DNA of 64,000 nt, from assembly GCF_006345805.1 (NCBI RefSeq), contig NC_043000.1:8122001-8186000 (forward strand), in the 5' to 3' direction. Shown here in pieces: positions 24,350 through 37,094 of the stretch. The DNA comes from Octopus sinensis. Taxonomy: Eukaryota. The notes beneath the pieces were generated by a model, which saw nothing but the letters and a program-made list of their open reading frames with translations, was not told where the DNA came from and made no database searches. Position numbers and translations under genes: made by a program. Position 1 is the stretch's first letter, and each line of letters starts with the position of its first letter.

Positions 24350-24530
24350 CTGGGTCTGTGTGTATCATGTAAGGTTGGAGAGGGGAGTGATGACCTCCTC
24401 TTGAAAATACAAATCAGATACAGACAGAGTGTCATTTGCCACTTGGAGGAGATTCTTCCTGGGGCTGAAAACAACAGCAACATCGTCCTCTATGGGACTT
24501 CCACATTTAGTTGGCAAACATATTTTACGA
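24349..24530 (+). mobile_element. Inverted partial copy of unit 2
   Basis: Reverse complement of 24001-24182, about 80% identical by eye. Confidence 0.8.
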
Positions 24531-24552
24531 TATATATATATATATATATATA

Positions 24553-24656
24553 AAACATCAAAACAAACAATGGAACAAGAACATAACAGGCGACAACAAA
24601 ACATTCGGACAGTTAGATGATACAAAAAAGGACAGGAAAAAACAAGGACAGGTCAT
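24553..24656. repeat. Fragment related to the direct-repeat element at 59615-60187
   Basis: Shared ggacaagaac/acagttag(a/g)tgatacaaaaaag/aaggac(a/g)ggtcat. Confidence 0.6.
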
Positions 24657-24925
24657 ACATACATACATACATACATACATACATTTATACATACATACAT
24701 ACATACATACATACATACATTATACATACATACATACATACATACATACATACATACATACATACATACATACATACATTATACATACATACATACATAC
24801 ATACATACATACATACATACATACATACATACATACATTTATACATACATACATACATACATACATTTATACATACATACATACATACATTTATACATAC
24901 ATACATACATACATACATACATACA

Positions 24926-24956
<31 letters not shown>

Positions 24957-24982
24957 GTACATACATATAATATATATATATA
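24657..24982. repeat. (TACA)n microsatellite
   Basis: Direct reading. Confidence 0.95.
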
Positions 24983-26074
24983 TTATTTTGGCTGCGTCAA
25001 CTCCATGAGTTGTAAAGATAATAAAAAGAGCTTTTCTTTTAACTTCAATGAGTTGGCTGTCTGTTTTGCATTGAGGCCAATAACACAAATAATAATATTA
25101 TAAAAATATGAAAACTAAAAAAATCAAGATAGAAGCATCTTAACATAGACATAGGACACTGAGTTGAACTAAAAACAAGTTTAAATGTGGACATAGAATG
25201 CAATGTGGAACTAAAAACAATATTCTCTGGAACAAGGTTTGTATGGATGGAGTATGTTTTCTAAAGAATCCATCCACAATAGACAGGTATGCTCTGTGAT
25301 GCTTTGGATAGTAACTATTAGTTTATTAGTAGGTCTTCATTCCAAATTTAGCTTGTTTACAATTTTTGAATAGAACTCTAAACTTCTGTGTAGCTCTGTT
25401 ATCTGAAGGGAGATATGTTTTGCACATACTATCTTGTTATCTGTTAAAGAAATATCGTTCTAGTGTCAAAGCATAGCTTTTCATAACAATTCAAAATGTC
25501 CTCTTTGCTGAAGCTTTTCAATATTCTACAGACAATTGTAGATGGGTTTTCAATCAATATAATAAAACGAATAGAATTTATGGAGCCTGGTTTGATGATT
25601 TGAATTCTTTACTTTAAATTCTAGCAACACTGACCTTTTTAATGCAAACATGCCTGAGTCTGTCTCTGGCTTTATGATACGAGTTTCTGGTTCTAAAGTG
25701 GGCTAAATTAAAACCTTCCATCGAAATTTCGAATCAATTTACATTTCAAATTGCAGGTTAATTACGAGAAAGTTTATTTTATTAAATTCTTCTTTATTTT
25801 CAAAATTATTTAAAACAAAGCCAGTGTGTATTTCAACTGAAATATGGTAACAAAAGGGTTCAATCCTCCTCCTCCTCCTCATCATCATCATTTAAACGTT
25901 CTTGTTTTATGCTAGCATGGATTAGACAGTTAGACTCTGATGGGTCCAAGGACTGCGTTGTGCTTTAGTGCCTGCTTTGGCATGGTCTCTAGGGCTGCCT
26001 GACCTTTTTAAAACCAATAACTGGGGTAGAAATTGGGTGATGGGCCTAGCTGTGCATAGTTGTGGCCAGTGCCA

Positions 26075-26356
26075 ACAACACATAAAAGGCACATGTGCTG
26101 GTGACACATAAGAGACATCTGTGCCAGTGATACATTAAAGGCACCTGTGTCGGTGATACATTAAAGACACCTGGTACTCTCTGTGGAGTGGCTGATGTAA
26201 GCAAGGGCATCCAGCCATAGAAACCATGCCAAATCAGACTGGAATGTGGTGCAGCACTCCAGCCTACCAGTTCCAGTCAAACCATCTAACCCATGTCAGC
26301 ATGGAAAGTGGATGTTAAATGATGATGATGATAATGATGATGACGGTGATGATGAT
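26075..26356 (+). mobile_element. RTE 3'-UTR-derived repeat with (GAT)n tail
   Basis: Homologous to 37921-38300. Confidence 0.75.
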
Positions 26357-26600
26357 GATATATATATATATATAAAACATACACACACAGTGCTTCCAGA
26401 ACTCACTTTCACTAAGGAGGGTGGGTGTTCGCCAGAATAATTTATTTCCATTTCCTGGTCCTTTGCCATCTCCCTGAAATTACACATTTGAGTTTAGTAT
26501 TATATTGGTGTTAAGAAAATCTTCGCCTCTTATAAAAAAAGGCAAAAAACCACATTAACCTAAAAAAGAAAGAATTATTTCATTAGCAATATGACATGAG

Positions 26601-26848
26601 TGGAGGCACGTGGCTTAGTGGTTAGGGTGTCAGGATCTTGATCGTAAGATTGTGATTTCGATTCCTGGACTGGGTGACATGTTGTGTTCTTGAGCAAAAC
26701 ACTTCCTTTCACATTGCTCCAGTCCACTCAGCTGGCAAAAATGAGTAACGCTGTGATGGACTGGCGTCCTGTCCAGCTGGGGAACACATACGCCATTGAA
26801 GCCAGGAAACCGGCCCCATAAGCCTCGCTAGGCTTTAAAAGGGTGATT
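26601..26848 (+). mobile_element. tRNA-headed SINE family E; minus-strand relative at ~50050-50325
   Basis: A-box TGGCTTAGTGG, B-box-like ATTTCGATTCC, centre ttgtgttcttgagcaaaacactt, tail type 2. Confidence 0.8.
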
Positions 26849-27159
26849 TAACTATTTTAATATGACATGAAGTTGCTGAACGAACTTTAACCTAGAATCC
26901 AAAGTAGTTGGTGTTAAGGATGAATTGTATTTGGATTTCATTTTACTACTTAATTGATTGTGAAATTATAATTTCGTTTATTGATTGTGTAATATAGAAT
27001 GGTGAGTGAGAAGCATTGGAAAAAAATTATCTTTTTTTAGTAAGAAATGATAAGGCACAGCTGTTATTAGTGCAGAGCTAAGGCATAACAGAATTTGTTC
27101 TGAAGACAAAAGTCCTTTTTTTGCCTTCCTTTTTCTTGTTTCAGTTATAAGACTGCAGC

Positions 27160-27565
27160 CATGCCTTGGAGAATTTTTAGTTAAATGAACCAACCCCAAT
27201 CCATTTTTTTTCTTTTAGCCTGGTACTTATTCTGTCAGTTTTTTTTTTGCCAAACCACTAAGTTATGCGCATCTAAACACATCAACACTGGTTATCAAGT
27301 GGTGATGGGGACAACCATACAAACATAGACATGAGGACACACATAAATATACATATAGAAACATACATATATATGTATGTGTGTGTGTGTGTGGTGTGTG
27401 TGTGATGGGCTTCTTTCACTTTTCATCAACCAAATCCACTTACAAGGTTTTGTCAGCCCAGGGCTATAGTAGAAGACACTGGCCCAAAGTGTCATACAGT
27501 GGTACTGAACCAAGAACCATGTGTTTGGGAAGCAAGCTTCTTACCACACAGCCACGCCTGCACCT
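27160..27565 (-). mobile_element. SINE family A (diverged)
   Basis: Reverse-complement match to family A. Confidence 0.75.
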
Positions 27566-28533
27566 ACATGGAAATTTTTCTGATTTTCTTCTGGATGAGA
27601 TACATTTGCAGAAAAATAGCTTTCAGGTGGTGAGATTAATAAATGTTTACCATATCTTAGAAACCATTTAGAGACATTGTTATGCTTTATTGATTTACTA
27701 TATTTACTCATGTATTAGATGTAGATTGTTTTCCATATTGGTTTGATAATAAAAGTTGGTTAGGGGCAAGTACATTTGCTGCTATACGTAGAATTTGATA
27801 AAGAACTAAGAAATTAACCAAGTCATATCCCAGTACATTCTGTAAAGTGGCTGGCTTTAGGAAGGGCGTCTAACTGTAAAAACAAAGCAGGCATAGTCTT
27901 CTGGATTGTCAGTTCCTGTCAAACCATTTAACCTATGGCAACATGGAAAATGGATGTTAAATGATGATGATGTTATGACCAAAAGTCAGACGAGATAATA
28001 ACTGCTGCCTGGCAGGTTGATGTATAGGGGGAAACCTGTGCAAAATTTGGGTTTAGGGTTAAGAATGAAAAAACAAAATGCAGCCCAACAAATGAATGGG
28101 TTTTAGGTTTTACTTGTGTAACTTTCAAAGAAATGTGAAGAAGACATTAATTAATAAATTGTCATGTAATCATTGAACAGAAAGTTCTTTTTCAAACAAA
28201 TGTGTGTTCATAACACAATTGATTTATGCTCGTGGAATTGATAATCAAGAGCCAAAAACTTGTGTTGAATTCATTAGTTTGAAGTAACTTTGACTGAGGA
28301 GACACAAAAAGGACGAAACATTGGGTGTTCCAAAGCCCCCTAGTACTAACGAATTGAGTGTTATGAATACACATTTGTTTGAAAAAGAACTTGTTCTCCA
28401 ATGACGAAATACAACAATAACTAGTATATTCTTGCCTTGTGGGATGTATTAAATATAATTATACATATTATCAACATGAAGAAATATCAACCGTCTCAAC
28501 CAAAGAGAAAGGTATAAAGAGGGTAACTTAAGA

Positions 28534-28587
28534 GAAATGGTTCATCTGGGAATCAAACCTGAAATGGTTCATCTGGGAATCAAACCT
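28534..28587 (+). repeat. Perfect 27-bp tandem duplication
   Basis: gaaatggttcatctgggaatcaaacct x2. Confidence 0.95.
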
Positions 28588-29029
28588 GCAAGCTCAACTA
28601 CAGCTTTCTGGTAGCACACAACATTAAAAAAATCTTTGAAACTGAAATGTTTAGGCAGTAAAAATGCCAATATTGGTGAAATGAAAATTCTTGGAGGAAT
28701 TATAAAAATGGAAATAGTAAAAAAATAATAAATCCCATGACCCAAAAATTGAAGTGAATATTCTAAAGAACATCTGCTGATGATTTACATATATTTGTGG
28801 AATAGTAGAATTAATAGATGCTCTTAGAGAAATTAGGAAGGGACATTATAAGACAGAAAACTAGAATACTTTGTTGTTGATGTCAAACTCAGAATTATGA
28901 GAAGTGTGGAAAGCAGAATGTACTTACCTTCCTTTAGTATTTTAAAATTTTTTTATAGATTTTTTTTAGTTTAAAAAAAAAATTTTTTTTCTGTTGTTGG
29001 ACATTAGCACTAGTCCTCATTTTACTTTT

Positions 29030-29312
29030 TAAGCCTAGAACTTACTTATTCTACCAGTCTCTATAACCAAACTGCTAACTTATTGGGGTGTAGAAAAACC
29101 AACACTAATTATCAAGTAGTGGTGGTTATCAAGTAGGCATATGAATATATACATTGAGCTTCCACACAGTTTCCACCTACCACATTCACTCATAAAACAT
29201 TGGTTGGCCCAGGGCTATTGAAGAAGACACTTGCTCAATATGCCATGCAGTGGGACTGAACCTGAAACCAAATGGTTGTGAAGCAAATTCTTACACTCAG
29301 ACACACCTTCAC
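29030..29312 (-). mobile_element. SINE family A (diverged)
   Basis: Reverse-complement match to family A. Confidence 0.65.
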
Positions 29313-29985
29313 CTATTATTCACACCTTTGAATAGTTGCAGCACAGTAGTAAAGATATAAATGAACATAAGAAAAAAAAAACATTGAAATTATTTTCATA
29401 ATTATCATTAATTCTATTTCTCATGCTGGAGTGCAATTTTAAAGGATTTGTGTTTTGGGAAAAATTTAAAGAGTAAATCAAATATCATGGATTGTCATAG
29501 ACTGCTAGACCAAACCTCAAGAGTAATTACCCATCACCCACAAGTTGGTCCTTTCCTATCCAATCTTCACCAAGAATAGAGCCTAATCACAAAGTGAAGG
29601 AAATGAAAATCATCATCATCATCAACATAATTTAACATCTGTTTTCCATGCTAGCATGAGTTGGTCAGCTTGACAGGAATTGGCAAGGCCAGGGGCTACT
29701 CCAGGTTCCATAGTCAGTTTTGATCTGGTTTCCTTCCTAATGCCAGCCACTTGAGTGGTTTTCATGTTGCACCATCACCAGTGCTTTTCATGTGGTATCA
29801 GTACCAGCATGTTTTATGTGGCACCAGCACCCACACCAATGCTTTTCTTTGGCACCTTGGTTTTAAGATCCCAATTCTGTTGTGGTGGGTGGTTCTTCTC
29901 GGTGTCCCAGTTTATAGGCCATAGATTTGGACTACTAACAACTAAGATGCAAGCCTACCTAAAAAACTTCTTCTACAGACTTCTA

Positions 29986-30385
29986 TAGGTGCAGGAGTGG
30001 CTGTGTGGTAATTAGCTTGCTTACGAACCACATGGTTCTGGGTTCAGTCCCACTGTGTGGCAACTTGGACAAGTGTCTCCAACTATAGACTCAGGCCAAC
30101 CAAAGCCTTGTGAGTTGATTTGGTTGAGGGAAACTGAAAGAAGCCCATCGTATATATATGTATATGTATATATATTTATGTGTGTGTGTTTGTGCTCCCA
30201 ACATCGCTTGACAACCAATACTGGTGTGTTTACGTCCCCGTAACTTAGCAGTTCAGCAAAAGAGACCGATAGAATAAGTACTAGGCTTACAAAAGAATAA
30301 GTTCTGGGATCGATTTGCTCAACTAAAGGCAGTGATCCAGCATGGCCGCAGTCAAATGACTGAAACAAATAAAAGAGTAAATGAG
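29986..30385 (+). mobile_element. SINE family A, full length
   Basis: Head aggtgcaggagtggctgtgtgg...GGGTTCAGTCCC, internal (TA/TG)n, tail ...gactgaaacaaataaaagagtaa. Confidence 0.9.
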
Positions 30386-31660
30386 ACTCTGTCTATTAAA
30401 GATATTGTTATGGGTTTGAGACTGTTAGAAAACAGTACATTGAGATATTATAGCCCCGGACTTAGAGTACAGCATTGTGAAAGGATTTGGTAGATAGAAA
30501 CTGAAAGAAGCGCATCATATGTGTATAGATGTGTATGTATATGTGTGTGTGTATGTGTGTCTGCTTGGGTTTGTGAGTGTGTGTTTGTGACTATTTGTCT
30601 TGACATCATGTGATAATTGTAAACTAAGGATCTCCATCAGACAAGAATGGCTTTCATTTTCAGTCTTGCATGGAAACAGATGTGGATCAATAACAGGAAG
30701 GGCATCTGGCCAGAAAAAAAATATACCTCAATGAATTCAACACCAGAGCCATGCCAACATGGGAAAGTGGATGTTAAAATGGTGATGAAGATGGTGGTGA
30801 TGGCGGTGGTGGTGGTGATGATGAGGATTCTTACTTAACAAAAAAAATCTTTTTGAACTGAACGAAATCAATGAACGATATTGCTGCCATCATATTTGTT
30901 TCACAGTTGTGAAATTGTTCTGCTCTACTTCAGAGTTTCCAAGTAAATATTCATAGAAGAAGGAGATGAAGAATCTAGTGAGAATATCTTATCTTAAGTG
31001 GGGAGAAATGGTTAGCAACAGCAAAACAGATAATGAGTGGTAATTCTACTTTAAGCTGTTCTAGTCTTGAAATGAAAGCTGCAACGGCAACATATCACAG
31101 CAGAGAACTTGGAAATTAGAGACCGACCAATATAAGAGAAATCAATGAAGTTGCCAATGCATTAGATTGATGTGGGATCAGATTTAAAGTAGTTCTATTG
31201 TGTATAGCTCTGAGCCATTGCATTATCAGTGTTGGAATAATCCTGACTTTTTACAGAACAGTTTTCTATAGACACAGGCATGCGGATGCTTAGGAACACA
31301 CACAGGTACGCAAATATAAAATATGCATATACATGCACATGATCTTGCACTGTTTGTAGCTTTGTGCCTATATACAATATTATAGACGTGTGTGTCTGTG
31401 TGTGTGTGTGCGTGTGTGTTTGTGCTGTAAGGCAAGGAAAATGAGTTTAGCCAAAATTGTTAGCTTCCAAGGGTGAAGAAAATTGTTATTAAAGAAATTT
31501 TCAAAACGAGATCTCTTTAATCTATATCTTTCACCTTTCATATAAATTCATAATAATAATAATACTAATAATACTACTAATAATAATAAATTCATAATAA
31601 TAATAATACTAATAATAATGATAATAATAATGATGATAATAATAATAATAATGATAATAA

Positions 31661-32220
31661 ATGTCCTGATGCAGTACCAGACAGTAGCTCTCATGTCTTC
31701 TGATCTAAACTGATTGGAAGTGTTATCATGTACATTGTTTTGTCTTGGTATAAAAGATGGGCTACAGCAAATATTCTGCTCAATACCACAAATTTGGTTG
31801 TCAGTTGTTTGACCTTAACCAGTTGAGCATGTCCCTTAGTGGCTGACGATATGTGCATCTCTGATCACAAGCAGAACTAGTGGGGGAGCATCATAGCTGT
31901 GTTTTGCTGAGAGGGATTCTTTGGGGTTTGAATAATTCACCTCTGGAAACATGGGTGTTTCGTTCAACATCCTTAAACAACCCTTATTCCGGGACTTTTT
32001 GAGCGGGATGGGTTACTCGACCAGAAGAAAATTCTAACTGGGTCTTACCTGCAAGGTCATGTGCTGTTTGTCTTGATATGAGATCACCATGTCGCACACA
32101 TATGGTTGTGATGCATGTGCTTGGTGTGCCCATATCAGACAGGTAGTCATGATAGGTATACTGGGCTTCATATATTTTACCCCAGTGTCACTTTGAAGGC
32201 ATGCACTGCTCTCTCAGTCA
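31661..32220 (+). mobile_element. ~560-bp non-coding element embedded in (AAT)n; possible 3' UTR of a Dong/R4-like LINE
   Basis: Flanked by (AAT)n on both sides (31549-31660 and 32221-32325). An R4/Dong-like RT fragment lies ~350 bp downstream. Confidence 0.5.
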
Positions 32221-32226
32221 ATAATG

Positions 32227-32283
<57 letters not shown>

Positions 32284-32441
32284 GTAACAATAACAATAAT
32301 GATATAAAAAAATAATGATAATAATAAAGTGTCACCTTAGTCTGCTTGTTGTGAACAACTGACACTTTCCATTATACCCAGCAAAATAATGCTGAGATTT
32401 TTGAAGAAATAATAATAGTAATGATGATGATGATGATGATG

Positions 32442-32511
<70 letters not shown>

Positions 32512-32574
32512 GAAGAAGAAGAAGAAGAAGAAGAGAAGAAGAAGAAGAAGAAGAAGAAGAAGAAGAAGAATGTG

Positions 32575-33098
32575 AAGAAGCCATTAAAGAGGGTGCCAAA
32601 TTGGAAGTGGCTTCTGCGTGATAGAATCTCAGATCAGCTAAACACAATATCAGAACAGGAAATTGTACTACTTTTGATGAGTATTGGAAGAATTGTGCTG
32701 TGTGTTGAGGGTATTGATAAGGGAAATAGTTACTGATTTTAGGCCAATAACTTGCCTCTCTTTAATGTGGAAGCTTCTCGTGAGTATATTAGCAGAAGAG
32801 CTGTATGGGTATCTTGAGGATGAAAGTAAAATGGATACAGGAAGGGAAGCCAGGACCTCCAAAAAATAACCGTTGATTAATAAAATGGTAATAAACAACT
32901 GTTAGCAAAGACTGACAAATTTGGAAATGGCACGACAGATAACAAACTGGCTTATGATATGTTACCACATTTAGAGCAGAAAATCTGTAGATAGCAGGTA
33001 GCATCAAGTCATTAATCTGTGGCAGCATGAGACGATGGAACATCGAACTAGTAGCTGGGACACTATTATTGGGAAATGTTAACATAAAATGAGGAATA
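32575..33098 (+). pseudogene. Decayed R4/Dong-clade reverse transcriptase fragment
   Basis: KRVPNWK (32587-32607), FRPITCLSLMWKLL (32738-32779), LINKMVINNC..LTNLEMA, AYDMLPH (32950-32970) and LGNVNIK*GI (33069-33098). Cut by a SINE before the expected QGD motif. Confidence 0.75.
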
Positions 33099-33326
33099 CT
33101 CTTTTACTCTTTTATTCTGTTTCAGTCATTTGACTGTGGCCATGCTGGAGCACCACCTTTAGTCGAGCAAATCAACCCCAGGACTTATTCTTTGTAAGCC
33201 TAGTACTTATTCTATTGGTCTCTTTTGCCAAACCGCTAAGTTACAGGGACGTAAACGTACCAGCATCGGTTGTCAAGCGATGTTGGGGGGACAGACACAG
33301 ACACACAAACACAGGCCCACACACAT

Positions 33327-33365
<39 letters not shown>

Positions 33366-33545
33366 ATATATATATATATATATACACGATGGGCTTCTTT
33401 CAGTTTCCATCTACCAATCCACTCACAAAGCTTTGGTCAGCCCGAGGCTATAGTAGAAGACACTTACCCAAGGTGCCACGCAGTGGGACTGAACCCAGAA
33501 CCATGTGGTTGGTAAGCAAGCTACTTACTGCACAGCCACTCCTAT
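33099..33545 (-). mobile_element. SINE family A, full length
   Basis: Reverse complement of 37095-37531. Confidence 0.9.
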
Positions 33546-33594
33546 ACTACATTAATACTTCAAACAGTTTGCTACATTAATACTTCTAATATTG

Positions 33595-33811
33595 GTTTCA
33601 AACTTTGGTACAAGGCCAGCAATTTTGATGGAGGAATTAAGTAGATTACATTGACCCCAGTACTTTATGGTACTTGTTTTATTGACCCTGAAAAGAGGAA
33701 AGGCAAAGTCAACCTCAGTAGCATTTGAACTCAGGACATAAAAATGGATGAAATGCTTCAAAGCATTTTACCTAGCATGGTAACCATTCTGCCAGCTTGC
33801 TCCTTTCTATT
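33595..33811 (-). mobile_element. SINE family B-related copy with 11-bp target-site duplication
   Basis: TSD ttctaatattg at 33584-33594 and 33812-33822. Confidence 0.8.
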
Positions 33812-34934
33812 TTCTAATATTGATAACTAAGCAGTTTATCCCAACAGCAGCACTGCTCTTGAGGCTCAATCAAGATGATCTTGAGGCTCAATCCATTGTC
33901 TAGTTTAAACCTTCCACCTGGTCCTTGGGTATTAGGAACCTTTAGTAGAGTTCAATCTGTTGCAAACATTTAGACCAGAGACTGGTTTTAGTGGAAGATA
34001 ATTTCTTTCCTTCTTCCCACCAGTTTCAGAGGCCCAAAATTAAAAACAAAATACTCATGTGCCCTCCTCTCCCTAAGTAAACAGTGAAAAAATTTTGCTT
34101 CACAATTATGAGGTTAAGAGTTTGATCTTTGGTGTAACTAAATTGTATAATGACTGGAGCAGCCCTTGAGTTTGTTATTTCCCGACCCCAAGCCTATATA
34201 GACTTATACAACAGACCTACAGTGCTGCCCTCAAAAAAGCATTGCCAAGGACAGACAATTGCTTCGCTCCCCCTGACTCCATCCTTCTCCAGCCAAGCTA
34301 CTAGGTTTGATCTTGTTAAACAGAAAAACAGAAATGTTTTCTATCAGAGCCTTGCAAGGGAAATTGCTTGATTGCTTGAATGAATTGCTACAGAAGGATT
34401 TCGTGGTAAAAAAAAAAAGAGTAAGTTCTTGTAAGTCTTTTCTACTGAAGTCTTGCAAGAGAACCTGGTGAACCAAAACTATGTGGAAGCACTTTGGGTG
34501 GTCTTTAACAGAAATTCAAAGAACCAATCTTATCAAAAGGTGTGACATTGACTCTATCTGAGATTATGTTGAGGGTAGAAATATATATGGAATACTCATT
34601 TACTTACACTATAATAGTTTGTATTATAGGGACAGGGCCTGAAATGTGGGGAGAGGGCTTAACAATGCTATCAACCCTCAGTACTTGGCTGGTATTTCAT
34701 TTTATTAATTCCAGAGGACTGATTTGATGGAAGACATAGTTAACCCCTGCAGGATTTGAACTCAGAAGCTAAAGAGTTTGGAAGCAATATCATGAAGTAT
34801 TTCTTGCTATGTTTTATTAATTCACCATTCTTCTATATGGTGGTGTAATGTTGAATGTACCACACTTACACAATAACACAATAGGAACTCAGAAATTACA
34901 GAGTTTGAAAGAAATACCACAAGATATTTTTTTC

Positions 34935-35750
34935 TATGAGATGATCTCAAAAAGTTCCTGGACTAGTTGTGTAGCACACCAACAGATGGCAGCACATGAT
35001 TTTATGTGCAATGAGAGCTAGCAGTGATCTTCATGCAACAGTGTACCAAGTGACATCATTGTGTTTACTTTGCAAGTTGTGAAATTTGTGTTTTTGTGAG
35101 TCAGGTAGAGCAAGGCAATTGTCTGTCCTTGGCAATGCTTTTTTGAGGGCAGCACTGTTGGTCTGTATAGGCTTGGGGTCAGGGAAATAACAACCTCAAA
35201 GGCTGCCCCAGTCATTATACACTTTAGTTACACCATAGATCACATGAATTCCTCACTCATGAATTCCCCACCAAAAACAACATGGTATCAGTTCTGCACC
35301 TGTCCGATTTGCCAGATTTTGTGTACGCTGTAGTCTGCAACAAAGACATTGAATATGCTTCAGCAAGCTTACAGTGATGAAGCAATGGGTTGCATGCAAT
35401 GTTTTGACTGGCACAAGTGCTTCAAAAGGTATGACAGAGCTGCAGTTCAATCTAAAGCATGGTCATTTAGCTCCTGCAGACTTTCATCTCTTCCTCAAGG
35501 TGAAAATGCAGCTCAAAGGTTGCTGTTTTAATACCGTTGTTGAGATCCAGAGCAAATCACAAAAGGTTCTTGACTCGCTTCGCTTATGGGAAATGACTTT
35601 AAGGCCAGATTCTAAAAGTGGTAGGAATGCAGGGACCAGTGTAATGCTGCACAAAGTGACTATTTCAAAGGAGATGATATTAAAACTTAGGTAAATCAGT
35701 TATTTTTTATTAAACATAACTAGCCCAGGAACTTTTTGATACACCTTGTA
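34935..35750 (+). mobile_element. Internally deleted mariner with terminal inverted repeats and TA ends
   Basis: TIR core tcaaaaagttcctgg(a/g)ctagtt at both ends. N-terminal remnant SATKTLNMLQQAYSDEAMGCMQCFDWHKCFK. C-terminal remnant HLAPADFHLFLKVKMQLKG. Confidence 0.85.
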
Positions 35751-36658
35751 TACTCAAAGAATTCACTGTTACACTATATGGTTGTGTAACAGTAAATGCT
35801 CAACACGTACTCTATAATACAATTGGAACATGTCATAGTCAAAACTGACATGAGATCCATCATCCTGTATGGGATCCCAAAACTTATCATTACCTCCGAT
35901 TCCATCAAGGTCAACTTCATCTTTCATTTTTGGGGGGATTGATAAAATAAGCACCAGTCAAATTTGAAACCCTTATTACCTTCATGTCGTCTCATAGAGA
36001 ATTTAGTTGGAAACGGTTACAGAACAGTGGTGCACAATTCACCACTATTAAGTTTTATTAACTCCTATCATCACTTTAACTTGAAGATGTATGAGTTCTG
36101 AAAGATTTACTTACTTCACATACACTGCATGAAAATATAATTGTTACCGGTACCCCTGCTACTAAATGGATTATAGATCACACCATATCTATTGCCTATT
36201 AAAGGCTGCTTGGATCTTATTTTTTTACCCCCTAATTTCTGTGTTATATTTAACACAGAAGTATGGTTAGAACATTATTAAGTATGGTATTCTAAACAAG
36301 GATTTCATGAAAGGGAAAAAAACCCCCCCGAAAATAACAGAAATGTTACTCATAGCAACCAGTCATAACAGTTAGCAATGATTCTAGGTTCTTATCTGCT
36401 GAATAGTAACTCTGTCTTGCAAAGAAATTTAAAAAAAAGAAAAGAAAGAAAATGTGATTTTATGTATGTAATTTTCTCAAAAATTGATTTTGTGTGGAAG
36501 ACACTTGTAGTTTTCTTTTAATCAATATCTAGAAGTTATATATTTTTAAGGAATTTTTGTCTGCCAAGAACAGTTATGGAAAAAAGCTAAACATTAAATT
36601 CATTAAATGTACATGAAATAATATTTTCTGTTACACACACACACACAGATGCATATAA

Positions 36659-36703
<45 letters not shown>

Positions 36704-36773
36704 CTCATATATAAAATAGATAGATTGGCAGGTAGATATAAGTAGATACAGACATAGATATATACATACACAT

Positions 36774-36848
<75 letters not shown>

Positions 36849-37094
36849 CACACATGTATATATGCATGTTTGTGTGTAGTGTGTGGGTGCATATATAGCT
36901 AAAATATATTCACAAGATGCAAATCAAAATAGATTTTGACACAAACATTAGTTTATGTAATGGAGGGAGGGAACGACATTGAAAACTGTGAATGTTATTG
37001 CAAATGTATTATATTTCAAAATCATGCAAAACATATATATACAAGAAGTGAACTAGACTGGAAAATGAGTATTGAAGACAATTATGTATATATA

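Noticed and set aside
28690-28930. Possible decayed coding relic (ELIDALREIRKG...)
   Set aside because: Multiple stops and no diagnostic motif that could be named.
36110-36450. Minus-strand splice-like signals (pyrimidine tract near 36420-36450; GAA|GTAAGT near 36110)
   Set aside because: No consistent open exon of credible size between the signals.
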